46,227 bases of DNA from positions 1-46,227 of the forward strand of contig JBHHXT010000019.1 in the NCBI GenBank assembly GCA_046757165.1. The letters run 5' to 3'. The notes under the pieces are model-generated. The model made no database searches. It was not told the DNA's origin and saw only the letters and a program-made list of their open reading frames with translations. Numbering within the stretch: the first letter of the stretch is position 1; each line of letters opens with the position of its first letter. Below, in pieces: positions 1 to 8,136 of this stretch. The translations under genes and the position numbers were made by a program. This stretch comes from a bacterium. Its GTDB lineage: Bacteria; Zhuqueibacterota; Zhuqueibacteria; Oceanimicrobiales; Oceanimicrobiaceae.

Positions 1-1
1 C

Positions 2-550
2 TGGCACATTTCGGACCTGCAAGGCGGCGTCGACTTTGAAGTCACGCTTTCAGAAAAAGCCGTGTTAACAGCGGGATTGAGTCATAGCAAGCTACAGGGC
101 GAAACCCGTTGGAGCCCAAGCGTGGGCATCGGTTTTTACGGCGAGGGGACCACCTTCGGCCAGCGCATTGATCTGGTGCTGAAAGGCACGACCAGCAGTT
201 ATGACGCCGAGGTGTCGGAGAGCGAGTTCTTGTCATCGCGCAGCCTGACAGAAAACGGCAAGAAAACTTACGGCAACCTGGCTGTCATTTATTCGCTCAA
301 CACCAGACGGCCCGATTTCCCGGTCAATCTTTTTGCCAACGCAGCGATTGGCGGGCAAACGCTGTACAGGCACGAGGACTTTTCGGCCATGCAGCTCTAC
401 ATCTCTCTCTCTGGCGGCCTGTTCAAGACCATCGGTAAAAACGCTCGGCTGGTTATCGGCGGGCGGATAACCAATTTCGAGGATGAGGGCAAAAGCGACG
501 ACCTTGTGGTGCCAGACGCATTTGTGCAGTTGGATTTTATTTTGAACTGA
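2..550 (+). CDS. Outer-membrane beta-barrel-like protein, 5' end outside the window
   Basis: Frame is open from position 2 (WHISDLQGGVDFEVTL...). Alternating hydrophobic beta-strand pattern; C-terminus AFVQLDFILN resembles an OMP terminal strand. Confidence 0.55.
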   Translation, partial: WHISDLQGGVDFEVTLSEKAVLTAGLSHSKLQGETRWSPSVGIGFYGEGTTFGQRIDLVLKGTTSSYDAEVSESEFLSSRSLTENGKKTYGNLAVIYSLNTRRPDFPVNLFANAAIGGQTLYRHEDFSAMQLYISLSGGLFKTIGKNARLVIGGRITNFEDEGKSDDLVVPDAFVQLDFILN

Positions 551-706
551 ATGGACTGGCTCAACAAGAATATGAACGGTTAGCCAGTTCCCGGAGCTGG
601 TTTTCGGTTTCTTGCTTGTCCTTGGGGGGTTGCGCAGAAATAACTTGGTAACCTTCAGTCGTCCTGTTTGGGCTAATGGTGTTCAGCGACGTCGGGTAGA
701 AAAGCC

Positions 707-866
707 ATTGACATGTCACCCCTAACGGGGTTTGATAGTTCGTTCAACCGGACACACTATAAACATGTCACCGCTCCGCGGTTGTTGCATCTGTTGGCTG
801 TCCTGACTGACGGTCACATCGCGTGACACAATGAACGTCAACCCCGCTAGGGGTAACAGTTAATAG
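707..866. repeat. REP-like short palindromes (two direct copies, one inverted)
   Basis: ACATGTCACCCCTAACGGGGTT (711-732), ACATGTCACCGCTCCGCGGTT (763-783) and inverted AACCCCGCTAGGGGTAACAGTTAATAG (840-866). Confidence 0.6.
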
Positions 867-898
867 AAATCCCCCAGACCATCCCGCTCAACCAATAG

Positions 899-1128
899 AC
901 CGCAACGCGGTCGAACATCACAGCCCAGGGTTCATCCCGTCGGGATGAACCCTGGGACACCGTGTCCTCAAAAGATGAGACCCCAACGGGGTCTGACAGG
1001 CTGGACTTCGCCTTTTCCCGTTTGTGGAACCCCGACCCCTTTCGGGGTTCAGGTGGTATTGCCCGGATGACCCAGGGCTGCCGCGCATGCGGCACCCCTG
1101 GGCTGTGTTGTCCGACGCTTTCAGCGTT
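899..1128. repeat. Nested-hairpin REP/MITE-like element
   Basis: Perfect 16-bp inverted repeat 924-939/941-956; hairpins at 978-994, 1027-1050 and 1071-1102; outer arms CACAGCCCAGGG (919-930) and CCCTGGGCTGTG (1096-1107). Confidence 0.7.
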
Positions 1129-1371
1129 AAAACCGTCTCACATGTGCCTCCTGTAGGATCCCTATTTCTCCATTCTTGAATTATCGTGAGATGATTACGT
1201 CTCAAAAAGCCCCACAACCTGCAGCCTCGAGCGCCCGGAATAAACCCCTCGAAATCTTGTAGTCTATTCGAGCTGCCAGCAGACCACCCGCCGCCAGATG
1301 CGACAAGTGCACCACGCTCGCGCTCACAATACCGCCCCGACCCTGGTTACTCATTTCAAAACAGCGTTCCC

Positions 1372-2119
1372 ATGAACCGCAATTTTCCACTGTTGATTGC
1401 GGGGCTTTTCATTTCAATCGTTTGCTGCACTCGAGGGTTTGCCCAGAATGGTGCGGGTCTGGTTCAGCAGGCGGGTCCGGTGACCGCAAAACTGACTCCG
1501 GACGAGTATGTCCTGAACGACACCACGCTGCAGGCGCTGCCGTTCAGAGACTCACCCGAAACCACTTACCAATTGCTTCCCGGTAGCGCGACGCAGGAGT
1601 ATCGGGGCGACAACCTGCTGCACGTCAGAGGCAGCAGGCACGATGAGCTGTCGTACTCCTTCGAGGGCTCTGATATTCGCAGCGATTTCACCGGGCACCC
1701 CTTGTTCAGATTCATCCCGGAAGTCCTCGCGGCCGTCCGCTTGCAAAGCACGCCGGGCATTGAACAACATGGCGCCGCTGTGTTCGGGCAAACCCTGCGC
1801 CGGCCAGCGGGCACCCTTTGCTGTCACCCTGAGGGCTGAAAGCGACCGCCACGCGCCCGGACACGAGCACCGTTACGGGGCCTTCTCTTACGGCTACAGC
1901 AACCTGCTTCTCATCGCCGAAGGCAGGGCCGGCGCAAACTTTTCCTATCTCGTGGCTGGCGAAAGAGAGCATTTCAGCGACCGCCACCGCAAGTTCTGGC
2001 CTGGCTTCCGCTTTGGCGGGCCGGATAACCTCGCCGACGCAACCGGACTCACTCTGCGGGGAGATAATCGCCACCCACAAGGGGTGGCGGCTACGAGTGG
2101 CGAATCAACACCCACTTGA
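1372..2119 (+). pseudogene. TonB-dependent receptor fragment (signal peptide and plug), frameshifted and truncated
   Basis: Signal peptide, then plug-like LLPG...LHVRGSRHDELSYSFEG. Coding sense continues in another frame near 1815 (FAVTLRAESD...FSYLVAGERE) and ends in a REP pair near 2070, far short of a full barrel. Confidence 0.65.
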
Positions 2120-2178
2120 GAAATACGCAAAACGCATGGCGACCACCGAGGACGTAGCCATGCCCCCTTGTGGGGCAT
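2069..2178. repeat. Pair of GTAG-type REP palindromes in opposite orientation
   Basis: CGCCACCCACAAGGGGTGGCGGCTAC (2069-2094) and GTAGCCATGCCCCCTTGTGGGGCAT (2154-2178). Confidence 0.65.
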
Positions 2179-2188
2179 CTAAGTCACA

Positions 2189-2260
2189 AACCGCGAATGA
2201 ACGAGAATAAACGCCAATTTTTCGTCATCCTAATTCTTCCATTCGCGTGCATTAGCGGTT
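2189..2260. repeat. Imperfect inverted repeat AACCGCGAATGAACG... / ...ATTCGCGTGCATTAGCGGTT
   Basis: Complementary arms visible in the sequence; resembles intergenic repeats I associate with GxxExxY-type loci (from memory). Confidence 0.45.
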
Positions 2261-2325
2261 ACGGGTTCGCTTGCGGCTTCATCGCGCCAGGCTATCAACA
2301 GGAATCACCGCGCCGGGACAGAAGG

Positions 2326-3525
2326 TCACCTGACAATCTCCAGAATCTTCAATCCTCCCAGGCCGTTGGCGACAAACACCACCTCCCCATCCGCTGCCAC
2401 AAAGTTCGTCGACCCTTCGAATCTTGCGCTGCCCAGGATGTCACAGCCAGAGTCTGTCATCTGCGCCACCTGAAGACCATCGGTTCCATTGGCAAGAAAG
2501 ACAAACCCGTTTGTGACCGACACGCCATTGGTCACGCCATTGTCAGGAGCCGGAATGGTGGTCACGACGGTTTCGCTTGCCAGGTCGAGGGCCAGCATGC
2601 CACAGCTCCCCGCAGAGATGTAGACCCTGTCGCCGTCGACATCCATTTCAGCTTTTCCCTGAAAGTCGTTTGTACAGCCCAGATCTATGGTCTTAACAAA
2701 GGCGCAGGTTGTGCGGTTGACCAGATGGAGCCGGGTGCCGGTCCCTTCGAGCACCAGAACATAGTCCCGGTGTTTTTTGACGGCTTTGGCGCCGGGAATG
2801 GCAATGGTCTTCGAAATGTTTGTGCCGTGATTCTGGAAGATGATCAGACGTCCATCCGTGGTTCCGGCAGTGACGAAGACAGTCTCGTCAAAACAGGCGA
2901 CGTCATTGGCATTGAAACTCGGCAGGTCCACCCGCGTGGTTTTCCTGGTGATCACGCCGCTGCGGAGGTGGATGACCTCCAGACACGCGGGCGTGGCAAA
3001 ATCGTCGTTTTGGTCACTGTCTGTCGCTTCTCCCAGAAAGAGCCTGTTTTCATTTTGCCGGGCGATCGTGATATCCGTGTCCAGGAACAGGGCCTGTGAT
3101 CGCAGTTTGGGTCGCCTGATGTGGTTGATGTCGAAAATCTCCACTCCCCCCCGGTAGGCGTCGTTTTTTGTACTGTAAGAGACATAAGCGTGCTTCTTGT
3201 CGAAGGTCACATGTGTGGCGTAGAGGCGGTGACCCTCCAGGGTCGGCGGGGGAACCTCTGCGCGCAACATGAGTCTCATCTTGCCGGCTGCCAGTTTCGT
3301 TGCCTGTTGGATGGTGTGTTTTGGTGATGGTTTTATCGTGGAGGTTGAATTGGAACGGCTCAGCTCCACGCTTACATTCTCCAAAACCTGTACGCGCTGA
3401 TTCAGGATGGACTCGTCGTTTTCAATGACAATCCTGTCGGTCTCGACCGGCGCCATGGTTTGGTTGCCGCAAGCTGCAAGGAAGAAAGGTAGGGATAAGA
3501 AGAGAGATCGATTTGTCGTGAGCAT
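2326..3525 (-). CDS. LVIVD-repeat beta-propeller lipoprotein (399 aa)
   Basis: Start reassigned to ATG 3525 (AAGGAGG RBS upstream). Lipobox FLAA-C. Repeats AYVSY..GGVEIFDI, VYISAG..GMLALDL, VFLANG..GLQV, VFVANG..GLKILEI. Confidence 0.75.
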   Translation of the reverse strand: MLTTNRSLFLSLPFFLAACGNQTMAPVETDRIVIENDESILNQRVQVLENVSVELSRSNSTSTIKPSPKHTIQQATKLAAGKMRLMLRAEVPPPTLEGHRLYATHVTFDKKHAYVSYSTKNDAYRGGVEIFDINHIRRPKLRSQALFLDTDITIARQNENRLFLGEATDSDQNDDFATPACLEVIHLRSGVITRKTTRVDLPSFNANDVACFDETVFVTAGTTDGRLIIFQNHGTNISKTIAIPGAKAVKKHRDYVLVLEGTGTRLHLVNRTTCAFVKTIDLGCTNDFQGKAEMDVDGDRVYISAGSCGMLALDLASETVVTTIPAPDNGVTNGVSVTNGFVFLANGTDGLQVAQMTDSGCDILGSARFEGSTNFVAADGEVVFVANGLGGLKILEIVR

Positions 3526-3694
3526 GCGAAACCTCCTTGTTTGCTGCTTATGATTTTCGATATTAAAGTATCGGCTTCCCAAACGAATGATTTTAGTTAG
3601 ATACAAACTGCCGCAGTTGCCAACAGGGCGCACCAGGAACGCGCTCGGAAAGTGCCGCCACCCGCGTTTGGCAGGAAGGTGCGAGCGGACACTC

Positions 3695-4717
3695 TTAGAA
3701 CCACTGTCTGCGCACAAACACCGCTGCCTGTGTTTCAAGAATGCGATCCCAGGCAGGTGCTTTCTTCGGCACAATCTCCACGATGATATAGCGCTGTACC
3801 TTGCCAAATCGATGGCGCAGCTCCGCTGGCTGTGGGTTGGTTGTGGGATAGATTTTCCGGATGAGGCCCCGCGTTTGGTCTCCATTGGCAAAATCGATCC
3901 TGGCCTCATCTCCTTCGCGAATTGAATTCTCTGCAGACCCGGGGAAGTACGCTTTGATGTAATTCCGTTCTCGATTCACGATTTTCAGGATGGACTCGCC
4001 AGTAGTCACGCCTTCGCCTTTTTGCTTGTAGACGGCAGCTACCACCCCCTCTGTCACCGCCGACAGGGTGAGCATGGGCATGAGCGGTGCTTGGCTGCTA
4101 CCGCCAGCGAGAATCATTTTTTGCTTTTCATAACTCCTGAGCGCGCGCAACGCCGTTGCTAACTCAGTTCGAGCTGCCTCCAGGTCGAAGCGGGCATTTT
4201 GCACTTGTCGTGCCAGGTTGGTGAATTGAGCGCGCGTGATGGAGTTTATGGCCAGCAGCCGTTGTGCGCGGGCGTATTCGTCCTCGAGCTCCCTGACCTG
4301 TGTATTGTGGCGATTGACTTTTTGTTGCAAGAGGTCGATTCGACCTCGCAGGTCAATGATTCTGCGCTCGGTGGTGTAATAAGCACCGCTCCGTGGGGAA
4401 TCTGAACCTGGTTGGCCCCTCAGAGCTGTGTCCAGAAACACCAGCACTTGACCGGCGGCGACCGTGTCGTTGACACTGCACGTTATGGCGGTGATGGTAC
4501 CCGCGGAGGTGGCCGCCACAAAGAATGTCTCGGCTTCCAGGAATCCAGTCCCCTCGAAGAGGAAGATGGAGCGATAGAGCCAGCCCAGGAGCTTGAGCGC
4601 GATCAAACACAGGCTAGCCACGTAAAGATATTTGCCCCACGGTCGCTTCTTTTTGCCGGTGCTGTCACTGGCTCTTGTAAACGTCTGTCCACGATTCCGT
4701 AACCGTTTCGAGCGCAT
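3695..4717 (-). CDS. HlyD/membrane-fusion-protein family periplasmic adaptor
   Basis: N-terminal TM; lipoyl half-motifs (AGTITAITCSVNDTVAAGQVL; EGVVAAVYKQKGEGVTTGESIL) flank a long coiled coil; beta-barrel C-terminus. Confidence 0.8.
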   Translation of the reverse strand: MRSKRLRNRGQTFTRASDSTGKKKRPWGKYLYVASLCLIALKLLGWLYRSIFLFEGTGFLEAETFFVAATSAGTITAITCSVNDTVAAGQVLVFLDTALRGQPGSDSPRSGAYYTTERRIIDLRGRIDLLQQKVNRHNTQVRELEDEYARAQRLLAINSITRAQFTNLARQVQNARFDLEAARTELATALRALRSYEKQKMILAGGSSQAPLMPMLTLSAVTEGVVAAVYKQKGEGVTTGESILKIVNRERNYIKAYFPGSAENSIREGDEARIDFANGDQTRGLIRKIYPTTNPQPAELRHRFGKVQRYIIVEIVPKKAPAWDRILETQAAVFVRRQWF

Positions 4718-4720
4718 TGT

Positions 4721-6826
4721 TTACCTTTCAGCCAACGTCTGATAGCGGTGGTAATCATGCACGGCGAAGCCGGCAAAGTCAGGTCTGGCTCTCAGCTTGC
4801 TCGCTAGTTGTTGTTTGAGCTTGTTTAGATTCTTCTCTGCCGGAAAGTCAGTTGTGTTTATGCCCACGACAAAGGGTCTGCCCTGTTCGGCCATGAGTGC
4901 GAGCGTCCCCTGAAGGATGGCCAGCACCCGTTCAGAGGTTTTGTGATGATAAGCCATCAATGTCACGACATCAACCGCGCGGATGATTTCTTTCAGCGCC
5001 GAAACATCTACTTTGTGGTAAAACGTGGGGAGATCGATCTCCAGAGGCAGGGTCGCGTTGTTTTGTGACAGCAGGAGGCGCGCGGCGTGCACCGTCTCAG
5101 CCAGGCGTTGCAGGAGGTTCCGTTTTGCGCCCGGCCACTCGCGCAGAGCATGGGGCTCGATGTCGAGGTGAACACCATCAAAGCGTGCCTCCGCTGTGGC
5201 GTTTTCGTTGTACGTCAGAATAAAATTGATGCGCTGGAACAAAGGTTGGCGGTTTTTGGGATGCACCCACCGGGGGTCTCCGAACAGCGCGGAGACTTTG
5301 ATGCCGGAGGCATGCAGCCGTCTGATCAACCCTTGCATTTGTAAGAGGCGCTGCCCTGATGCGATCAAATCGCGACTGACGGAGAGGTAGACCTGATTGA
5401 TCGCTTTCGACCTGCAGAACTCGACAAACGCTTGCCGCGAGGCCTTTTCTGCGAGCAACGGCGAGACCTTCCACAACCAGACACCATTTATGCGCGCCGG
5501 CGCGGCTTCGGTCGCTGCCGAGGATGGGACGACCGGCATCTCGCGGGGCCAGTGCAGACCCGCAAGGTAAAGCAAGCGGTAGTAAACTCGATCGCGCTCA
5601 TAAAGATTCAACTGGTATTGCAACTGATTCTTGACCACTTCCGCTTGCTGCAAGAGCAGGTTTGCCCGGTCGAGCCCGCCGGCATCGACTATCTTGTACA
5701 AATTCGAATGCTCGACGCGTTGTTTTTCCTGGTTCCACTCGATCAATTTTCGCATGTCCTCGATCTGGGCGGTGAGAAGGAGGTACTGGTCGCAGGTTTG
5801 TTGCACCTGCTTCTCGAGTTCAGTTCTGGCTATCTCAGCCTCGATCTCCCAGGCGTGGGCGCGGGTGGTGAAGCGTTCGCTCTTGCGAGCACTGAGAAAG
5901 GGAAAGAGGAGCGGAAACGAAAGGCGGAGACCAAACTCCGTGCCTGACCCGTTCACCCCGCCGGCGCTTTGGCTCTGGCCTCTGAAATTGAGGCCGACGT
6001 AAGGCGCAAAGCGCAAATCCTGATAGCGCGCGACCGTCGCCTGACCCGCAGCCACGCGGGCACGCGCCTCGCTGACGTGCGCTCGAGGGCTGTTGGCCAG
6101 CGCCATTTCCAGCATGCGCGCTTCGTCGAGACTCGGATGGGCGAGCTCCAGGTCGTGCACGCGAATTTGGTTGTCTTTGAGCTCAAAAGAAGCAGCCAGC
6201 AGCGTTTTCTGTTTTTCATACCGCCTTTGATAATGGTCATGAAGAATGCTGAAATGAATGTACTGTTTCTCCACATCCAGGTAGCTGTTGAGCAGGCCTT
6301 CCTGGTAGCGATAGCGTGTCTTTTGCATCGCCATCAACGATAAGTAGATATCCGTAAGCTTGCTGTAGTGGTCCACCCTGGCACGGCTGGTGAGCAGGTC
6401 GAGGTAGTCGGTGCGAAATTGCAGCAGAGCCTGGCTTTTTGCATCCCCGAGCTGTGCATTCGCGATGTCGAGGTCTGCCTGCGCCTCATCGAGTCTGCCG
6501 GCGCGGACTTTCCACAACTGCAGCAGATCCTGGCTCAACCGCACCGACAGGGCGGTTGTGGCGTTGAGCTCGTCGTCGCTCAGGTCGATGGCGTCGGTGC
6601 GGATGCGGTAGCTGGCGCTGATCTCCGGCCAGTATTGCCAGCGGGCGGCGGACAATCTGAGGTGCAGCGCGCGTTTTCTTTGCCAGGCGGCAGCCACCGG
6701 CCGGGATTGCCGCCAGAGGCGCTGTTCCAGGTCATGGAAGCCGTACGGCTGCTGAGCCAACGCATCTGAAATATTTACCACAATCAAGCTGCCGACCAGC
6801 GCCAGGTATTTGCATCTGTTTCGCAT
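4721..6826 (-). CDS. TolC/OEP-like outer-membrane protein fused to a C-terminal GH18-like TIM-barrel domain
   Basis: Signal peptide; ~430 aa of helical OEP-like repeats with beta segments (YWPEISASY, FGLRLSFPL); PSSAATEAAPA linker; then GVWLW...INQVYLSV...LHASGIKVSALFGDP...FDGVHLDIEP. Alternative start 6841. Confidence 0.65.
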   Translation of the reverse strand: MRNRCKYLALVGSLIVVNISDALAQQPYGFHDLEQRLWRQSRPVAAAWQRKRALHLRLSAARWQYWPEISASYRIRTDAIDLSDDELNATTALSVRLSQDLLQLWKVRAGRLDEAQADLDIANAQLGDAKSQALLQFRTDYLDLLTSRARVDHYSKLTDIYLSLMAMQKTRYRYQEGLLNSYLDVEKQYIHFSILHDHYQRRYEKQKTLLAASFELKDNQIRVHDLELAHPSLDEARMLEMALANSPRAHVSEARARVAAGQATVARYQDLRFAPYVGLNFRGQSQSAGGVNGSGTEFGLRLSFPLLFPFLSARKSERFTTRAHAWEIEAEIARTELEKQVQQTCDQYLLLTAQIEDMRKLIEWNQEKQRVEHSNLYKIVDAGGLDRANLLLQQAEVVKNQLQYQLNLYERDRVYYRLLYLAGLHWPREMPVVPSSAATEAAPARINGVWLWKVSPLLAEKASRQAFVEFCRSKAINQVYLSVSRDLIASGQRLLQMQGLIRRLHASGIKVSALFGDPRWVHPKNRQPLFQRINFILTYNENATAEARFDGVHLDIEPHALREWPGAKRNLLQRLAETVHAARLLLSQNNATLPLEIDLPTFYHKVDVSALKEIIRAVDVVTLMAYHHKTSERVLAILQGTLALMAEQGRPFVVGINTTDFPAEKNLNKLKQQLASKLRARPDFAGFAVHDYHRYQTLAER

Positions 6827-6834
6827 TTGCCCAT

Positions 6835-8136
6835 CTACCATTGTATGTACCTCTGTCTGACTTTCACCGGTGCAAACGGATCGCGATTGGAGCTCCTCAA
6901 AAAGAGCTCCTGAAAGTAAGCTTTTAGGCGGACGAGTTTGAGAATGATCTTGAACGGATTGACGAGCGGCAGAAAAGGCAAGAGTTTGGCAAACTCTTTT
7001 TCGTTCTTATCCAGAATCAGAATGAGCACCAGCTCCAGCAGCTCCGAGCAAAAATAGAGAAAGAAATTGACACACATGATCGGGCCAACGTAGTCCGGAT
7101 AGTTCCACGCGAGATCGAGCAAATAACAAGCCGTAATCACAGCGAGTACGAGGTGGAAAAAAAGAGAATCTACGAAGGCCACAACGTCGATGAACCTGAA
7201 GCCTTTGGAGAACGGGTTGAAAACATCTTTGTGTTTTCGGATCCGGTTCTTGATCATATTGCGGTCCCACCGTGACCGTTGCTTCATCAATCGAAACATC
7301 TCGGTCGGCGCGTTCGTCAGGCAGAATGCCCGTGGCTGAAACTTGATCTTGTAGCCCTTTTTACGGACTCGAATCGCCAGGTCCGAGTCGTTGCCCGGGC
7401 CCGGTTCGTGGCCGCCAAGTCGCTCGAGACCGATCAGCTCGCGCCGGAACGCGCCAAACGCGCCCGAGATAATCGGCAGGGTTCCGAACAGCGACCGTAC
7501 GCGGCGCCCCATCGAGATCGTGAACATGTATTCGATTTTTTGTAATGTGGTCAGCAAATTCTCATCGCCATTTCGAACGCTCAGATTTCCCGAAACGCCG
7601 CCGACCTTCGGGTCTGCGAAGGTTGAGATGATCAGAAAAATCGCATCGCGGTCGAACGTGGTGTCAGAATCCACGAACACCACGAACTCGCCTGTGGCGA
7701 ATTTGAGACCGTAGTTTAGAACCGCGGATTTGCCGGCGCGCTCGGAGAAGCGCAAGTACTTCAGGTCGGCGAACATGCTCGCCATTTCGCGGCAAATCGT
7801 GGGCGTGCGGTCCTCCGAGCCATCATCGACGATGATGATCTCGAGATTTTTGTACGTCTGCTCATGCAGCGAGCGAATCGTCCACGCGATGGTGTCTTGC
7901 TCATTCAGGGCCGGAATGATAATCGACACGCGCGGCGGGTGCTCGGTCAGTTTACGCATGAAAGCGATCTCTCTGTGAGACTGAGGCCGCGGCCACAGCT
8001 CATATACGAAAATGATGAGGTCCGTCAGAACAAAGCGCGGAAAATCAAATACCAGGTAGAACCAGAAAATGCGCAGCAGCGTTGCCGGCGGCATACTCAG
8101 CAAAAAGTTCCAGGTGTCAACTACGACCTCCATCAT
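6835..8136 (-). CDS. Processive family-2 glycosyltransferase (PgaC/IcaA/hyaluronan-synthase-like)
   Basis: IIPALNE, DDGSED, GKS, FVDSD, SGAFGAFR, GNDSD and QRSRW (QxxRW) motifs; N- and C-terminal TM helices. Start taken at ATGATG 8136. Confidence 0.9.
   Translation of the reverse strand: MMEVVVDTWNFLLSMPPATLLRIFWFYLVFDFPRFVLTDLIIFVYELWPRPQSHREIAFMRKLTEHPPRVSIIIPALNEQDTIAWTIRSLHEQTYKNLEIIIVDDGSEDRTPTICREMASMFADLKYLRFSERAGKSAVLNYGLKFATGEFVVFVDSDTTFDRDAIFLIISTFADPKVGGVSGNLSVRNGDENLLTTLQKIEYMFTISMGRRVRSLFGTLPIISGAFGAFRRELIGLERLGGHEPGPGNDSDLAIRVRKKGYKIKFQPRAFCLTNAPTEMFRLMKQRSRWDRNMIKNRIRKHKDVFNPFSKGFRFIDVVAFVDSLFFHLVLAVITACYLLDLAWNYPDYVGPIMCVNFFLYFCSELLELVLILILDKNEKEFAKLLPFLPLVNPFKIILKLVRLKAYFQELFLRSSNRDPFAPVKVRQRYIQW

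Noticed and set aside
707..1128. Possible CRISPR array or tRNA
   Set aside because: No identical repeats with regular unique spacers, no cloverleaf and no cas genes.
2170..3099. 309-aa plus-strand ORF
   Set aside because: Antisense shadow of the beta-propeller lipoprotein, with no motifs.
3526..3909. N-terminal 128 aa of the 527-aa ORF 2326..3909
   Set aside because: Overlaps the HlyD-like gene; RBS and lipoprotein signal point to ATG 3525.
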